The position numbers were made by a program, and so were the translations under genes. Source: Lentisphaerota bacterium (lineage in GTDB: Bacteria; Verrucomicrobiota; Kiritimatiellia; UBA8416; VGWJ01). From it: DNA of 64,000 nt. The DNA lies in the NCBI GenBank assembly GCA_016873635.1, contig VGWJ01000008.1:6078-70077 (forward strand), in the 5' to 3' direction. This document shows positions 1-8,674 of this stretch, one piece after another; positions within the stretch are counted from its first letter, which is position 1, and each line of letters starts with the position of its first letter. The notes under the pieces are model-generated. The model searched no databases, was not told the DNA's origin, and saw only the letters and a list, made by a program, of their open reading frames with translations.

Positions 1-162
1 CCTCAATACACTTAACCGCCTTCTTGACCGACACACTTGCTCGGATACGCTTAACCGACCCGCTTACTCGATCCGGCCCATTTTCTTTCGGTGGACGACC
101 ACGGCGACGACTACGGTGCACGAGTGGTACTGAAGTCCCGCCTCTCCCGGACCTTGGTCTAC

Positions 163-191
163 GCAGTTCCCGCCTGACGGGCGGGAACTGC
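163..191. other. perfect GC-rich hairpin (12-bp stem, 5-nt loop)
   Basis: gcagttcccgcc / tgacg / ggcgggaactgc read directly; located 3' (minus-strand sense) of the adhesin fragment. Confidence 0.6.
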
Positions 192-195
192 GCAT

Positions 196-379
196 GGCCC
201 TGGCGCGCCGTAGTCCCGAGGGCGCAAGCACTCGGAACGAAGGCGGCCCTGGCGCGTCGTAGTCCCGGCATGCGCCGGGACGAAGGCGGCCCTGGCGCGC
301 CGTAGTCCCGGCATGCGCCGGGACGAAGGCGGCCGTGGCGCGCCGTAGTTCCGAGGGCGCAAGCACTCGGAACGAAGGC
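196..379. repeat. tandem direct repeats, four units (49-43-43-49 bp), each with an internal GC palindrome
   Basis: Units share ggcc(c/g)tggcgcg(c/t)cgtagt(c/t)cc...gaacgaaggc. The inner segment alternates between ccgagggcgcaagcactcgg and cccggcatgcgccggg. There are no unique spacers, so this is not CRISPR. Confidence 0.75.
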
Positions 380-381
380 GG

Positions 382-1795
382 CTACCGCAGCATGAACAGC
401 GTGCCCTTCGGCGGGAAGATCCAGTTCACGTTGTTCCCGTTGTTTGCGCCGCTCATCGCGCGGAAGGCCCAGCCGTTGGTCGCGTTGCTGTCCTGCACCA
501 CGACATAGCCGACGTCCTGCGTGCCGACGCCGCCCGGCCGTTGCCGCAGATACCACCATGTGTCCGGCTGCGTGGACTGCAGCGTCACGTTGGTGAACGA
601 AGCCACGCCGTAGACAAACTGGGTCTTGTTGGCCTCGAAGTTCACGGTCTTCATGCCCGCGGCCGCGATCGTCAGGTTGCTCCAGGTGTTGCCGCCCCAG
701 ACCGTCACCGGATTGGGGCTCGTCCCCGCGAACACCACCGTGCCGCCGTAGTTCGTGCCGCCGGTCATCGCCGTCGCCGCGTTGGACCAACTGCCGTAGG
801 TGGTTAGCGTCCTGGTGCTGTCGATCTTGAACTTGGCCGTACCCAGCAACCGCACATCGCCCACCACGGCATCCGTCACCTGCGGGCTGATAAGGGTATC
901 GACGCTTTCCGCTACAGCCTGATTGTTCGAGACAATGAGGAGTCCGTACGCCTGGTTTGTGCCCTGCAGATAGATCGTCCCTGCGCCGCCTCGTCTAGCA
1001 CTAGTAACACCACGGGCGCCGCCTGCCGCGCTCATGGCGAGATTTCCGAACGCAGCAGAATTGGTCAACACGATGGCAAGGCGTCCGCCACCGCCTCCGC
1101 CTCCTCCTTCAGTGGGATATCCGTCGGCGCCGTTTACGTATATTCCACCGTTGCCGAGCAGTTCACCGACGCGGATATTCACCGACCCGCCCGCACCGCC
1201 GCCATTCGCCCCACCGTTGTATCCGGCGGCATCGATTACACCCTCAATCCTCGCCCTGTTACCGCGGATCATCACAATTCCGCCGCCGCGTCGGTCGCCC
1301 GTCGCGCCGCCACCGCCCGCTGTAACAGGATTCGTGATTGAACCATAGGTCGGAGTGGCGGGCGCTGTACTGTCGTCGCCATACCCGCCCTCGCCACCGT
1401 GGACGCCGCCATAGCGAGACCCGCCACCCGCGTAAGGACTGCCAGGGACATACCCCTTCCCCCTCGCCCAGATCGCGCCGCCGAGATCCACGGTGAGATC
1501 CCCGCCCACGTCCAGGGCCACGCATTTCGTCGGATCGGCGGAATGCGTCACCGTGGCATTGGTGCCGACATAGACGTCCCCATCGACCCGCAGCCAGGCC
1601 GACAAGTTCGTGGGCATATTCACGGTCAACGTGGCCGCGCCGTTCAGGCCAACCACGGTCAGGGCGGCATTGGTCGTCGCATGAGTCAGGATGGGTTGAT
1701 TCGCGCCCCCCGTGCCGTCAATCATCACGACCGAACCGGCTCCCGGCACACTTGTGCGTGCGACCAGTTCGTGAGACCAAAATCCAGCGAAAACT
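382..1795 (-). pseudogene. C-terminal fragment of a Gly-rich beta-helix/adhesin-like repeat protein, truncated at the IS insertion
   Basis: Open frame 382..2328(-) with Gly-rich repeats (GGGGGGGG, TGGTNYGGTVVFAG, NxT/GxN rungs typical of beta-helix adhesins). The frame runs into the IS left end at ~1796 and overlaps the transposase gene beyond it. No signal peptide or plausible N-terminus is left, and no 5' remainder is found past the IS right end. Confidence 0.5.
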
Positions 1796-1840
1796 GGGTG
1801 ACACTTCCGACAATAGGTCCCCGAGAAGGGGGTCGAGGGA

Positions 1841-3670
1841 GTGTTACCGATGGCAACGAAGCGCAAGGGAAAGAGCGGCGGGACGGGGTCGCCGCATCGG
1901 GAGGCGCGCCCGTTCGCTCTGAAGCAGCGGGCCGTCAAGTTGTGCTTGCAGGAGGGGTATCCGGCGGAGATGGTGGCGCAGGAGTTGGGGGTCGGCCAGA
2001 GCACGCTTAACCTTTGGTGCAGGCGGTATCGCGAGCAGGGCGAGGCCGGACTGCAGGGCGTGCGGAGAGGCAAGGGCACGGTCCAAGTCAGCCCCGCCGC
2101 CAAGCAGAAGGCCGTTGAACTCAAGCGACAAAACCCCACGTTCGGAACGAAGCGCATTGCCGCGTTGCTGCGGCGGATGTTCTTCCTGCAAGCCGGGCCG
2201 GAGACGGTGCGCCGTGCGCTGCACGAACAGAGTCTGATCGAGAAGCCCAAGGCCAAGCCGAAGAGGAATCCGGCGAAGCCGCGGTTCTTCGAGCGCAGCA
2301 AGCCCAACCAGATGTGGCAGGCGGACATCTTCTCGTTCCGTCTGGGCGGCCGGGCCGCCTACCTCATCGGCTACGTGGACGACTACTCCCGCTATGTCAC
2401 CGGACTGGAGCTGTTCCGGTCGCAGACCGCGGAACACGTGTTGGAGGTTTACCGGCAGGCGGTGGCGGCGTACGGCGTGCCCAAGGAGATGCTGACGGAC
2501 AACGGGCGGCAGTACACCAACTGGCGAGGCAAGACGCGCTTCGAGTCGGAACTGAGCAAGGACCGCATCCAGCACATCAAGAGCCGTCCGCACCATCCCA
2601 TGACACTGGGCAAGATCGAACGGTTGTGGAAGACGATCTGGGGGGAATTCCTCTCTCGGGCGCAGTTCGACAGCTTCGAGGAGGCGCGGGAGCGGGTACG
2701 GTTGTGGATCCAGTACTACAACTACAGACGGCCGCACCAAGGCATTGGCGGCTTGTGTCCGGCGGATCGCTTCTTCGAGATTCAGACCCCGTTGCGCAAG
2801 GTGCTGGAGCAGGGCGTGGCGGAGAACGTGCTGGAGCAGGCGCTGCGCGGCAAGCCGCAGGCGCCGTTCTATCTGGTGGGACGGGTGGGCGAGCAGTCGG
2901 TGGTGATCCGAGCGGAAAAGGGCAAGGTGCGGATGTTGCTGGAGGGGCAGGCGCCGGAGGAGTCCAAGGAGTTGGTGTACAAGGTGGAGGGTGGCCATGG
3001 AAACGCAGGAGGGCGCGGCGCGGAAATCTCCACGCCGGAAAGCCCCGCGACACGACGTGAAAACGAAGTGCGAGGCGGTGTTAGCGGTCTGGTCGGAACG
3101 GCGGCGGCCAGCGGAGATCTGCCGGGAGTTGGGCATCCACGGGGCGGCGCTGAGCGCTTGGCAGAACCGGGCGTTGGAGGGCATACTGCAAGCGCTGGCG
3201 CCGCCGCCGGCACGGGCGCAGAAACCCTTGGCGCTGAGTCCGCGGCTGGAGCGGCGCTTGGCGCGCCGAATGGCCCTGAGCGCGGCCAGGGCGGGGCGCG
3301 TCCAACAGCGTCTGAAGGCGGTGGAGAGGAACGCGACGGCGCCGGAGCAACTGAAGGAGTAGACCATGTACAACCCCTCGCCGCGGGAGCAGGCCCGGCA
3401 GCGGGCGGAGATGATCCTGAAGGTCCGCGGCGGACAGATCACGGCGCAGGAAGCCGCGCGGGGCTTGGGGATCAGTCGCAAGACGTACTACAAGTGGGAG
3501 CAGCGGGGACTGGCGGCGATGCTGGACGGGCTTTGCGAGCGCAGCTCGGGCCGGCCGGCTTCGCGGCCCGATGGGGAGAAGGAGAGTCTGCAAACGACCG
3601 TGGGACAGCTTCAGATGGAACTGAAGGAACAGGAGCAGCGGCAGCAGATCCGGAATCTGCTGAAGGCTGA
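1841..3670 (+). CDS. IS481-family DDE transposase (N-terminal HTH + rve integrase core); native C-terminus/stop apparently lost, read-through low-complexity tail
   Basis: QMWQADIFSF...YLIGYVDDYSRYV...TDNGRQYTN...HPMTLGKIERLW...YNYRRPHQ is a typical rve DDE core. The 609-aa ORF continues past ~3000 as a Gly/Ala/Arg-rich tail overlapping the next element's ORFs. Confidence 0.8.
   Translation: MLPMATKRKGKSGGTGSPHREARPFALKQRAVKLCLQEGYPAEMVAQELGVGQSTLNLWCRRYREQGEAGLQGVRRGKGTVQVSPAAKQKAVELKRQNPTFGTKRIAALLRRMFFLQAGPETVRRALHEQSLIEKPKAKPKRNPAKPRFFERSKPNQMWQADIFSFRLGGRAAYLIGYVDDYSRYVTGLELFRSQTAEHVLEVYRQAVAAYGVPKEMLTDNGRQYTNWRGKTRFESELSKDRIQHIKSRPHHPMTLGKIERLWKTIWGEFLSRAQFDSFEEARERVRLWIQYYNYRRPHQGIGGLCPADRFFEIQTPLRKVLEQGVAENVLEQALRGKPQAPFYLVGRVGEQSVVIRAEKGKVRMLLEGQAPEESKELVYKVEGGHGNAGGRGAEISTPESPATRRENEVRGGVSGLVGTAAASGDLPGVGHPRGGAERLAEPGVGGHTASAGAAAGTGAETLGAESAAGAALGAPNGPERGQGGARPTASEGGGEERDGAGATEGVDHVQPLAAGAGPAAGGDDPEGPRRTDHGAGSRAGLGDQSQDVLQVGAAGTGGDAGRALRAQLGPAGFAARWGEGESANDRGTASDGTEGTGAAAADPESAEG
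2991..3362 (+). CDS. IS3-OrfA-like HTH transposase accessory protein
   Basis: Small ORF with HTH (AEICRELGIHGAALSAWQNR). Stop lies 4 nt before the next ORF start. Confidence 0.55.
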   Translation: MAMETQEGAARKSPRRKAPRHDVKTKCEAVLAVWSERRRPAEICRELGIHGAALSAWQNRALEGILQALAPPPARAQKPLALSPRLERRLARRMALSAARAGRVQQRLKAVERNATAPEQLKE

Positions 3671-3689
3671 CGGGGGGAAAAAAGGCTGA
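3366..3689 (+). CDS. HTH transposase accessory protein (second)
   Basis: HTH ITAQEAARGLGISRKTYYKWEQRG with a coiled-coil tail. Tightly spaced with flanking ORFs. Confidence 0.55.
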   Translation: MYNPSPREQARQRAEMILKVRGGQITAQEAARGLGISRKTYYKWEQRGLAAMLDGLCERSSGRPASRPDGEKESLQTTVGQLQMELKEQEQRQQIRNLLKADGGKKG

Positions 3690-3693
3690 AGGC

Positions 3694-4746
3694 GTGGCCA
3701 TGATACTGCAACACCTAGAGCAGCGGCGAGCGGCGGAGGGGCTTTCCTATCGGGCGCTGTGCGCCCGGGAAGGAATCGCCTATGCCAGCCTGATGCGCTG
3801 GAAGAGCCGGCTGACCGATGGGGCGACACTCATCGGCCAGCCCGGCCCCAAGAAGGTGGAAGCGTTGGACCTGGCGGCGTTGCGGGCGCAGATCGCTGCG
3901 TTACGGCACGGCCGAAAGCGGACTGAAGGCATCGGAGCGTTATACGGCCAATACCGGGAGAAGATCGCGCGCCGCGATCTGCGGCAGATGGTGACGGAGC
4001 AGCGGCAGCAGAAGAACGCCGAACGCAACCGGGTTTACCACCAGGTGATCTGGAAAATGCCCCGCCTGATCTGGGCGATGGACGATACAGAATATCAACC
4101 GGACCCCGCCTATCCGAAAGCCTACTTGCACAACGTGCAGGACGTGAGCTCGCGGTACAAGTTCGAGCCACTGGTCGGGATGAGGTTGGCGCACGGGGAG
4201 GAGATCGCCGCGCATCTGAACGAGCTGTTCGAAGCACACGGCCCGCCGCTGTTCATCAAACGGGACAACGGAAAGAACCTCAACCATGCCATCGTGGAAC
4301 AGCTGTTCGAAGCCTTCATGGTCATACCGATCAACAGTCCCTGCTACTATCCGCAATACAACGGCGGGATCGAGGTCGCCCAGCGCGAAATCAAAGCGTG
4401 GCTCTCACAGCGCCCGCCGATGCCCTCCGCGTTCCTGGCCATCCAGGCGGACCTGGACGTCCACGCGCTCAACCACCGTCCCCGCTCTTGCCTGGCCAAC
4501 CGCACACCGTGTCAGATGTTCCTGTCGGGTCAGGATCTCGCCCGAACCTTCAACCGCAGAAAACGAAAGGAGGTCTACGACTGGATCGCACAGAAAACGA
4601 TCGAACTGACGCAGCAACGATGCTATGACGATGACGCTGCGTGGCGCCTGGCAGTGGAAAGGTGGTTACTCGACAACGGCTTTATCGCCTTGTCACAAAC
4701 TGGAAAAGTGTCACCCTATTTCCTCGAAAAACGGTCTCACCATTAG
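3694..4746 (+). CDS. DDE transposase/integrase (rve core, IS481-like) of the second element
   Basis: N-terminal HTH (LSYRALCAREGIAYASLMRWK), then WAMDDTEY...VQDVSSRY...IKRDNGKNLNH...YYPQYNGGIEVAQREIK (D, D, E motif). The 3' end overlaps the candidate right IR. Confidence 0.8.
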   Translation: MAMILQHLEQRRAAEGLSYRALCAREGIAYASLMRWKSRLTDGATLIGQPGPKKVEALDLAALRAQIAALRHGRKRTEGIGALYGQYREKIARRDLRQMVTEQRQQKNAERNRVYHQVIWKMPRLIWAMDDTEYQPDPAYPKAYLHNVQDVSSRYKFEPLVGMRLAHGEEIAAHLNELFEAHGPPLFIKRDNGKNLNHAIVEQLFEAFMVIPINSPCYYPQYNGGIEVAQREIKAWLSQRPPMPSAFLAIQADLDVHALNHRPRSCLANRTPCQMFLSGQDLARTFNRRKRKEVYDWIAQKTIELTQQRCYDDDAAWRLAVERWLLDNGFIALSQTGKVSPYFLEKRSHH

Positions 4747-4902
4747 CTGGCCGGCACAAGATTGCCGCCCTCCCGAACGGAAATCAACCAGGAAGCGCGG
4801 CTCAGGCTAACGGGCTTGTGCAGTCATCGGGCGGTCATTGACAGTCCGACTGGTGATCGGTTAGACTCTCCCTGTTGTGCCCGCGCCGGCGGCGCCGGAG
4901 AA

Positions 4903-7900
4903 ATGAACATACCGCGCACACACCTTCTGGTCTATATCGCCGCTCTCGCGCTCGTGGGTGTCAGCGTCCTGCTCGGCTACGCCTTTTTCACGACGCTCGA
5001 AAACGCCTCTCTGCAGCCCCTGCCGGCCACGCCCGCGGCGGTCCGGCCCGGGCCGCTTCCCGCCGCCGGCGCGTCGCTTCCGGGCGCCCCCCCGCGCGCC
5101 CCCGCGCCGGCCGTCCGCGGCCGGCTCGCGCTGGACGGCGAGCCGATCGTGATCGGGCGCAGCGGCGTCGAGCGCAAGTACGCCTTCGTCCCTCCTTCGG
5201 CGCCCGCCCCCGCGGGGGCCGCCGGCGAAGTGCCGGTGCCGCCGCCTTCCCGGGAGGCCGCCCCGGAAGCCGCGCGCGCCGCCGCCGCCCTGCCGGCCGC
5301 CTTCGAGCCCGAGTGCGAGAAGCCGGAGTATGTTTTCGACTATTCCAGGAAGGGAGCGGACTACAACGTCTACGTCAGCGGCGACGAGATCATCCTGCAC
5401 CTGCAAAGGCCCGAGCTCGACCGCGTGGACGGCAAAGCGGCGGTCTGCGTCTGCCGCGGGCGCGAGATCGACAGCGCCACGCTGGACCCCGAACTGATCA
5501 TCCGCATGCGCCTCCACGGCGTGGACCCCGAAGCGCAGGGCATGCTCCGCGAGTCAACCGGGGCGCGCACCCACTACATGATGGGCATGGACGCCCGCCG
5601 CTGGTTCAGCGATATCCCGGCCTTCGGGCGCGCCCAGCTCCTCAACCTGTATCCCGGCATCGACCTCACCTACTTCGGCGACGAGAACCGCTTCGAGTAC
5701 ATCTTCACCGTGCGCCCGGGCGCCGACGTCGCCCGCGTCAGCTATGCTTTCGACGGCGCCGAGGAGATCAGCGTGGACGAGCGCGGCAATCTGGTGATCG
5801 GCGCCTACGGCGGCAAGATCGTGCAGCGCCAGCCGCTGATGTACCGGATCAGCGACGATCAGCCCTATCCCGTGGACGGCGCCTTCGGGCTGGCGGACGG
5901 CAAGATTTCCCTCGCGCGCCGCGAGAAGCCCGCCGGCGCGCGGAACGAGGCCTTGCGCCGGCAGCGCCCCCCCCTGGACTACCTCAGCTTCCTGGGCGGC
6001 GAGGGCGCCGAAACGGCCTACGCCGTGGCCCTCGATTCCTCCGGGCACGCCTACCTCGCGGGCGCGACGACCTCGCGCGGGTTCCCCGACGCGGCCTCGG
6101 ACGAAACCATGAACCCCGGCGAATGCTCCATCTTCGTGACCAAGTTCCGCGTCGCCGATTCCGAGCCCGTCTACACCACGTTTATCGGCGGTTCTTCGCA
6201 GGATCGCGCCTTCGGGCTTGCCGTGGACGCGGGCGGCGCGGCCTACATCTGCGGGGAGACCATTTCGGCCGACTTCCCGTCCGTGAACGGTCCGGCGCCG
6301 GCCGCGGCCGGGGAGTCGTGGGACGCCTTCGTGGTCAAGCTGGCGCCCGACGGTTCCGCCATCGAAACGGCATTCCGCTTCGGGGGACGCGGCGACGATC
6401 GCGCCTACGCGATCGCGCTCGATCCCGACACGAACATCTACGTGGTGGGCGAGACCCGCTCCCCGGATTTCCCCGTCTCCAACGGTCTGAGCACGGCCGC
6501 GACTCCCGCCGGCTGGGACGGCTTCATCGCCCGGTTCGGCCCGTCCGGCTCCCGCCTGCAGTACGCCTCGCGCTTCGGCGGATCCGGGGATGACAGCATC
6601 CAGGCCGTCGCCGTGGACGTCAACGGCGCGGCGTGCATCGCCGGGGAGACCAGCTCGCCCGATCTCCCGCTGGCCAACGCTCTGCAGGGCGGGCACGGGG
6701 GCGGCGTATGGGACGCCTTCGCGGCCCGCATCAGCCCCGGCGGCGCCTACCTCGATTTCGCCACGTACCTCGGCGGCTCGAATGACGAGCGCGCGCGCGG
6801 CGTGGCCACCGACCTCGCCGGCAACGTCTACGTCACCGGCGAAACCGCCTCGGGCGACTTCCCCGCCGTGCACGCGATGCAGGACTACTTCGCGGGCGGC
6901 AACTGGGACATGTTCGCCGTGAAACTCCTGCCCACGGGCCGCGAGGCGGTCTATGCCACATATCTGGGCGGATCGGGCGACGACATGGGGTTCGCCGTCG
7001 CCGCGGAAGTGTCGGGCCAGGCGCATATCGCCGGCGTGACATCCTCGTCGAATTGGCTGACCGTCGCGGAAGCGCAGGCAACCTACGGCGGCGGAGACTG
7101 GGACGGCATGCTCATCAAGCTTGATCCCGGCGGCACGACGCCGATGTACGCCAGCTACCTGGGCGGGGCGGGCGACGACCGCCTCTGCGGAATAGCCCTG
7201 GACCCGTCGCGCAGCGCCCACTTCGCGGGAAGCACCGCCTCGGAGCGCCTGCCCACCGTCAACCCCCTGCAAAAGGACTACCGCGGCGGCGCGAGCGACG
7301 CCCTCATGGCCAAGCTTCCCGCGCCCTACCGCTCCGCCCCGGACCTGCGCCTTGTCTCCGGCGGCGGACAGCCCGGCGGTCCCCCTTACGACTTCTACAT
7401 GGCCCGCACGGAAGTCTCCAACGAGGAGTTCACGCGCTTCCTGAACGACGCCCAGGGCAACGCCGGCAACGCGCGCGGCGCCCGCATGTTCTTCGACGAA
7501 GAAGGCAACGCGTGGATCAGTCCGGCCATGCAGCGCGAGCGCGACGAAATGTTCCGCCTCGATGCGTCGCGCATCGTCTACAACCCGCGCCATCCCGCGG
7601 GCATGCGCTACGCCGTCTCGCCGGCCGTGGCGCCGACGGGCGGATCGTTCTCGAACCACCCCGTGGTCGGCGTCTCGTGGTACGGCGCGGTGAAGTACTG
7701 CAACTGGCTGACCATCGACACCGGCCGCGGCGCGCACCAGCGCTGCTACTACGAGGGCAGCAACACGGTGGACTGGGCGCCGGTGACCGTCTCGCAAACG
7801 AACTGGAGCAAGGGCTCTTTCGATCCCTCGGCCCGCGAACGCTGGCTCGCGCTCGAGGGATTCCGCCTGCCCATGGACAACTGCTGGGGTAGCTTCAGCG

Positions 7901-8553
7901 CGCCCAACCCGTTCAACGAGTTCTACAAGGCCGCGGCCTGGTCCGGAGGCACCAACATGCCGTACGGATACGGGCGCGCCACGGTGGCCGCCGGCGACGC
8001 CAACTATCTCGATCACGGCCTGTTCCCCCGGCACGACACGACTCCCGTGGGCTTTTTCGACGGATCGGACCACGACGGCAGATTCCAGACGCACAGCAAC
8101 TGGAACTACTACGGCATATTCGACCTGAGCGGCAACGCGGACGAATGGTTGAACGATCCCGGCAACACGAACGTGCTGGCCGATCGCGGCTGCTACGGCG
8201 GATCGTGGCTGTTCGATCTGCCGACGCTGGCGGAGCGCTTCTACGTCAGCCCGCATTTCACCGACCGTTTCCGCGGGTTCCGCGTGGTGACGACCAGGTC
8301 GGATGAAGACATGTTCGTCGTGCGCATTCCGTACTATATATGCCTGTGCGGGTTCACGGGCCCCGCGCCGGAGGAGAAGAAGGAGGAAGAGCCTGTCGAA
8401 GCCAAAGAAAAGACCAAGCTTGAGGCCAAAGAGCCGGAAAAGGGCCCGATCGGGGTGACCTACGAAAAGGAAGGGGAAGAGGAAGAGGAAGAGGAGGAAG
8501 AAGAGGAGGAGGAGAAGAAGAAGAAGAAGAAGCCGCCGGCAAGCCCGATCTAG
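4903..8553 (+). CDS. membrane-anchored surface protein: N-terminal TM + Pro/Ala-rich stalk + DUF7948-like domain + SBBP beta-propeller repeats + C-terminal FGE-sulfatase (SUMF1-like) domain + acidic/lysine low-complexity tail
   Basis: Start MNIPRTHLLVYIAALALVGVSVLLGYAFF (TM). SBBP-type repeats (YxTFIGGSxxDxAxGIAVDxxGNAYVTGxTxSxDFP) occur at least 8 times. C-terminal HPVVGVSWYGAVKYCNWL...GNADEWLND...CYGGSWLFD...GFRVV matches the FGE/SUMF1 family. Tail EEKKEEEP...EEEEEEEEEEEEEKKKKKK. Confidence 0.8.
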   Translation: MNIPRTHLLVYIAALALVGVSVLLGYAFFTTLENASLQPLPATPAAVRPGPLPAAGASLPGAPPRAPAPAVRGRLALDGEPIVIGRSGVERKYAFVPPSAPAPAGAAGEVPVPPPSREAAPEAARAAAALPAAFEPECEKPEYVFDYSRKGADYNVYVSGDEIILHLQRPELDRVDGKAAVCVCRGREIDSATLDPELIIRMRLHGVDPEAQGMLRESTGARTHYMMGMDARRWFSDIPAFGRAQLLNLYPGIDLTYFGDENRFEYIFTVRPGADVARVSYAFDGAEEISVDERGNLVIGAYGGKIVQRQPLMYRISDDQPYPVDGAFGLADGKISLARREKPAGARNEALRRQRPPLDYLSFLGGEGAETAYAVALDSSGHAYLAGATTSRGFPDAASDETMNPGECSIFVTKFRVADSEPVYTTFIGGSSQDRAFGLAVDAGGAAYICGETISADFPSVNGPAPAAAGESWDAFVVKLAPDGSAIETAFRFGGRGDDRAYAIALDPDTNIYVVGETRSPDFPVSNGLSTAATPAGWDGFIARFGPSGSRLQYASRFGGSGDDSIQAVAVDVNGAACIAGETSSPDLPLANALQGGHGGGVWDAFAARISPGGAYLDFATYLGGSNDERARGVATDLAGNVYVTGETASGDFPAVHAMQDYFAGGNWDMFAVKLLPTGREAVYATYLGGSGDDMGFAVAAEVSGQAHIAGVTSSSNWLTVAEAQATYGGGDWDGMLIKLDPGGTTPMYASYLGGAGDDRLCGIALDPSRSAHFAGSTASERLPTVNPLQKDYRGGASDALMAKLPAPYRSAPDLRLVSGGGQPGGPPYDFYMARTEVSNEEFTRFLNDAQGNAGNARGARMFFDEEGNAWISPAMQRERDEMFRLDASRIVYNPRHPAGMRYAVSPAVAPTGGSFSNHPVVGVSWYGAVKYCNWLTIDTGRGAHQRCYYEGSNTVDWAPVTVSQTNWSKGSFDPSARERWLALEGFRLPMDNCWGSFSAPNPFNEFYKAAAWSGGTNMPYGYGRATVAAGDANYLDHGLFPRHDTTPVGFFDGSDHDGRFQTHSNWNYYGIFDLSGNADEWLNDPGNTNVLADRGCYGGSWLFDLPTLAERFYVSPHFTDRFRGFRVVTTRSDEDMFVVRIPYYICLCGFTGPAPEEKKEEEPVEAKEKTKLEAKEPEKGPIGVTYEKEGEEEEEEEEEEEEEKKKKKKPPASPI
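8470..8531 (+). repeat. in-frame GAR (GAG/GAA) trinucleotide microsatellite encoding poly-Glu/Lys tail
   Basis: gaaggggaagaggaagaggaagaggaggaagaagaggaggaggagaagaagaagaagaagaag read directly within the 3' end of the CDS. Confidence 0.8.
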
Positions 8554-8674
8554 TCCCGGAATAAACGAGTTTCTTGCGATCAAGCCGACTTGTCCGGTTG
8601 TGCGGTATGTGGGTGCGTGAGTTTGTGCGTATGTGGGTCGCAGATGCATTCACTCCAAACCCACAGGTGAACTG

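Larger units (their letters stand above)
1796..4716 (+). mobile_element. composite/nested IS481-family insertion (~2.9 kb) carrying two DDE(rve) transposase genes and two HTH ORFs
   Basis: Candidate terminal inverted repeats GGGTGACACTT(CC) at 1796-1808 and its reverse complement AAGTGTCACCC at 4706-4716. Four co-oriented transposition-related ORFs lie inside. It interrupts the adhesin gene. Exact ends are uncertain. Confidence 0.6.

Noticed and set aside
1-160. Possible structured RNA or IS end upstream of the hairpin tract (short direct repeats cttaaccg..)
   Set aside because: No tRNA or known ncRNA cloverleaf or promoter could be supported by eye. Left uncalled.
196-379. Possible CRISPR array
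   Set aside because: Units are contiguous with no unique spacers and no cas genes. The alternating internal palindromes fit a tandem repeat or REP-like element instead.
5554-8649. 1031-aa ORF antisense to the SBBP/FGE gene (and similar long antisense ORFs 53055..60632, 15619..18396, 10648..12495, 1844..3481)
   Set aside because: Arg/Ala/Gly/Pro-rich low-complexity translations are typical of the reverse strand of ~70% GC coding DNA. The sense-strand genes have clear family signatures, so these were treated as compositional artefacts.
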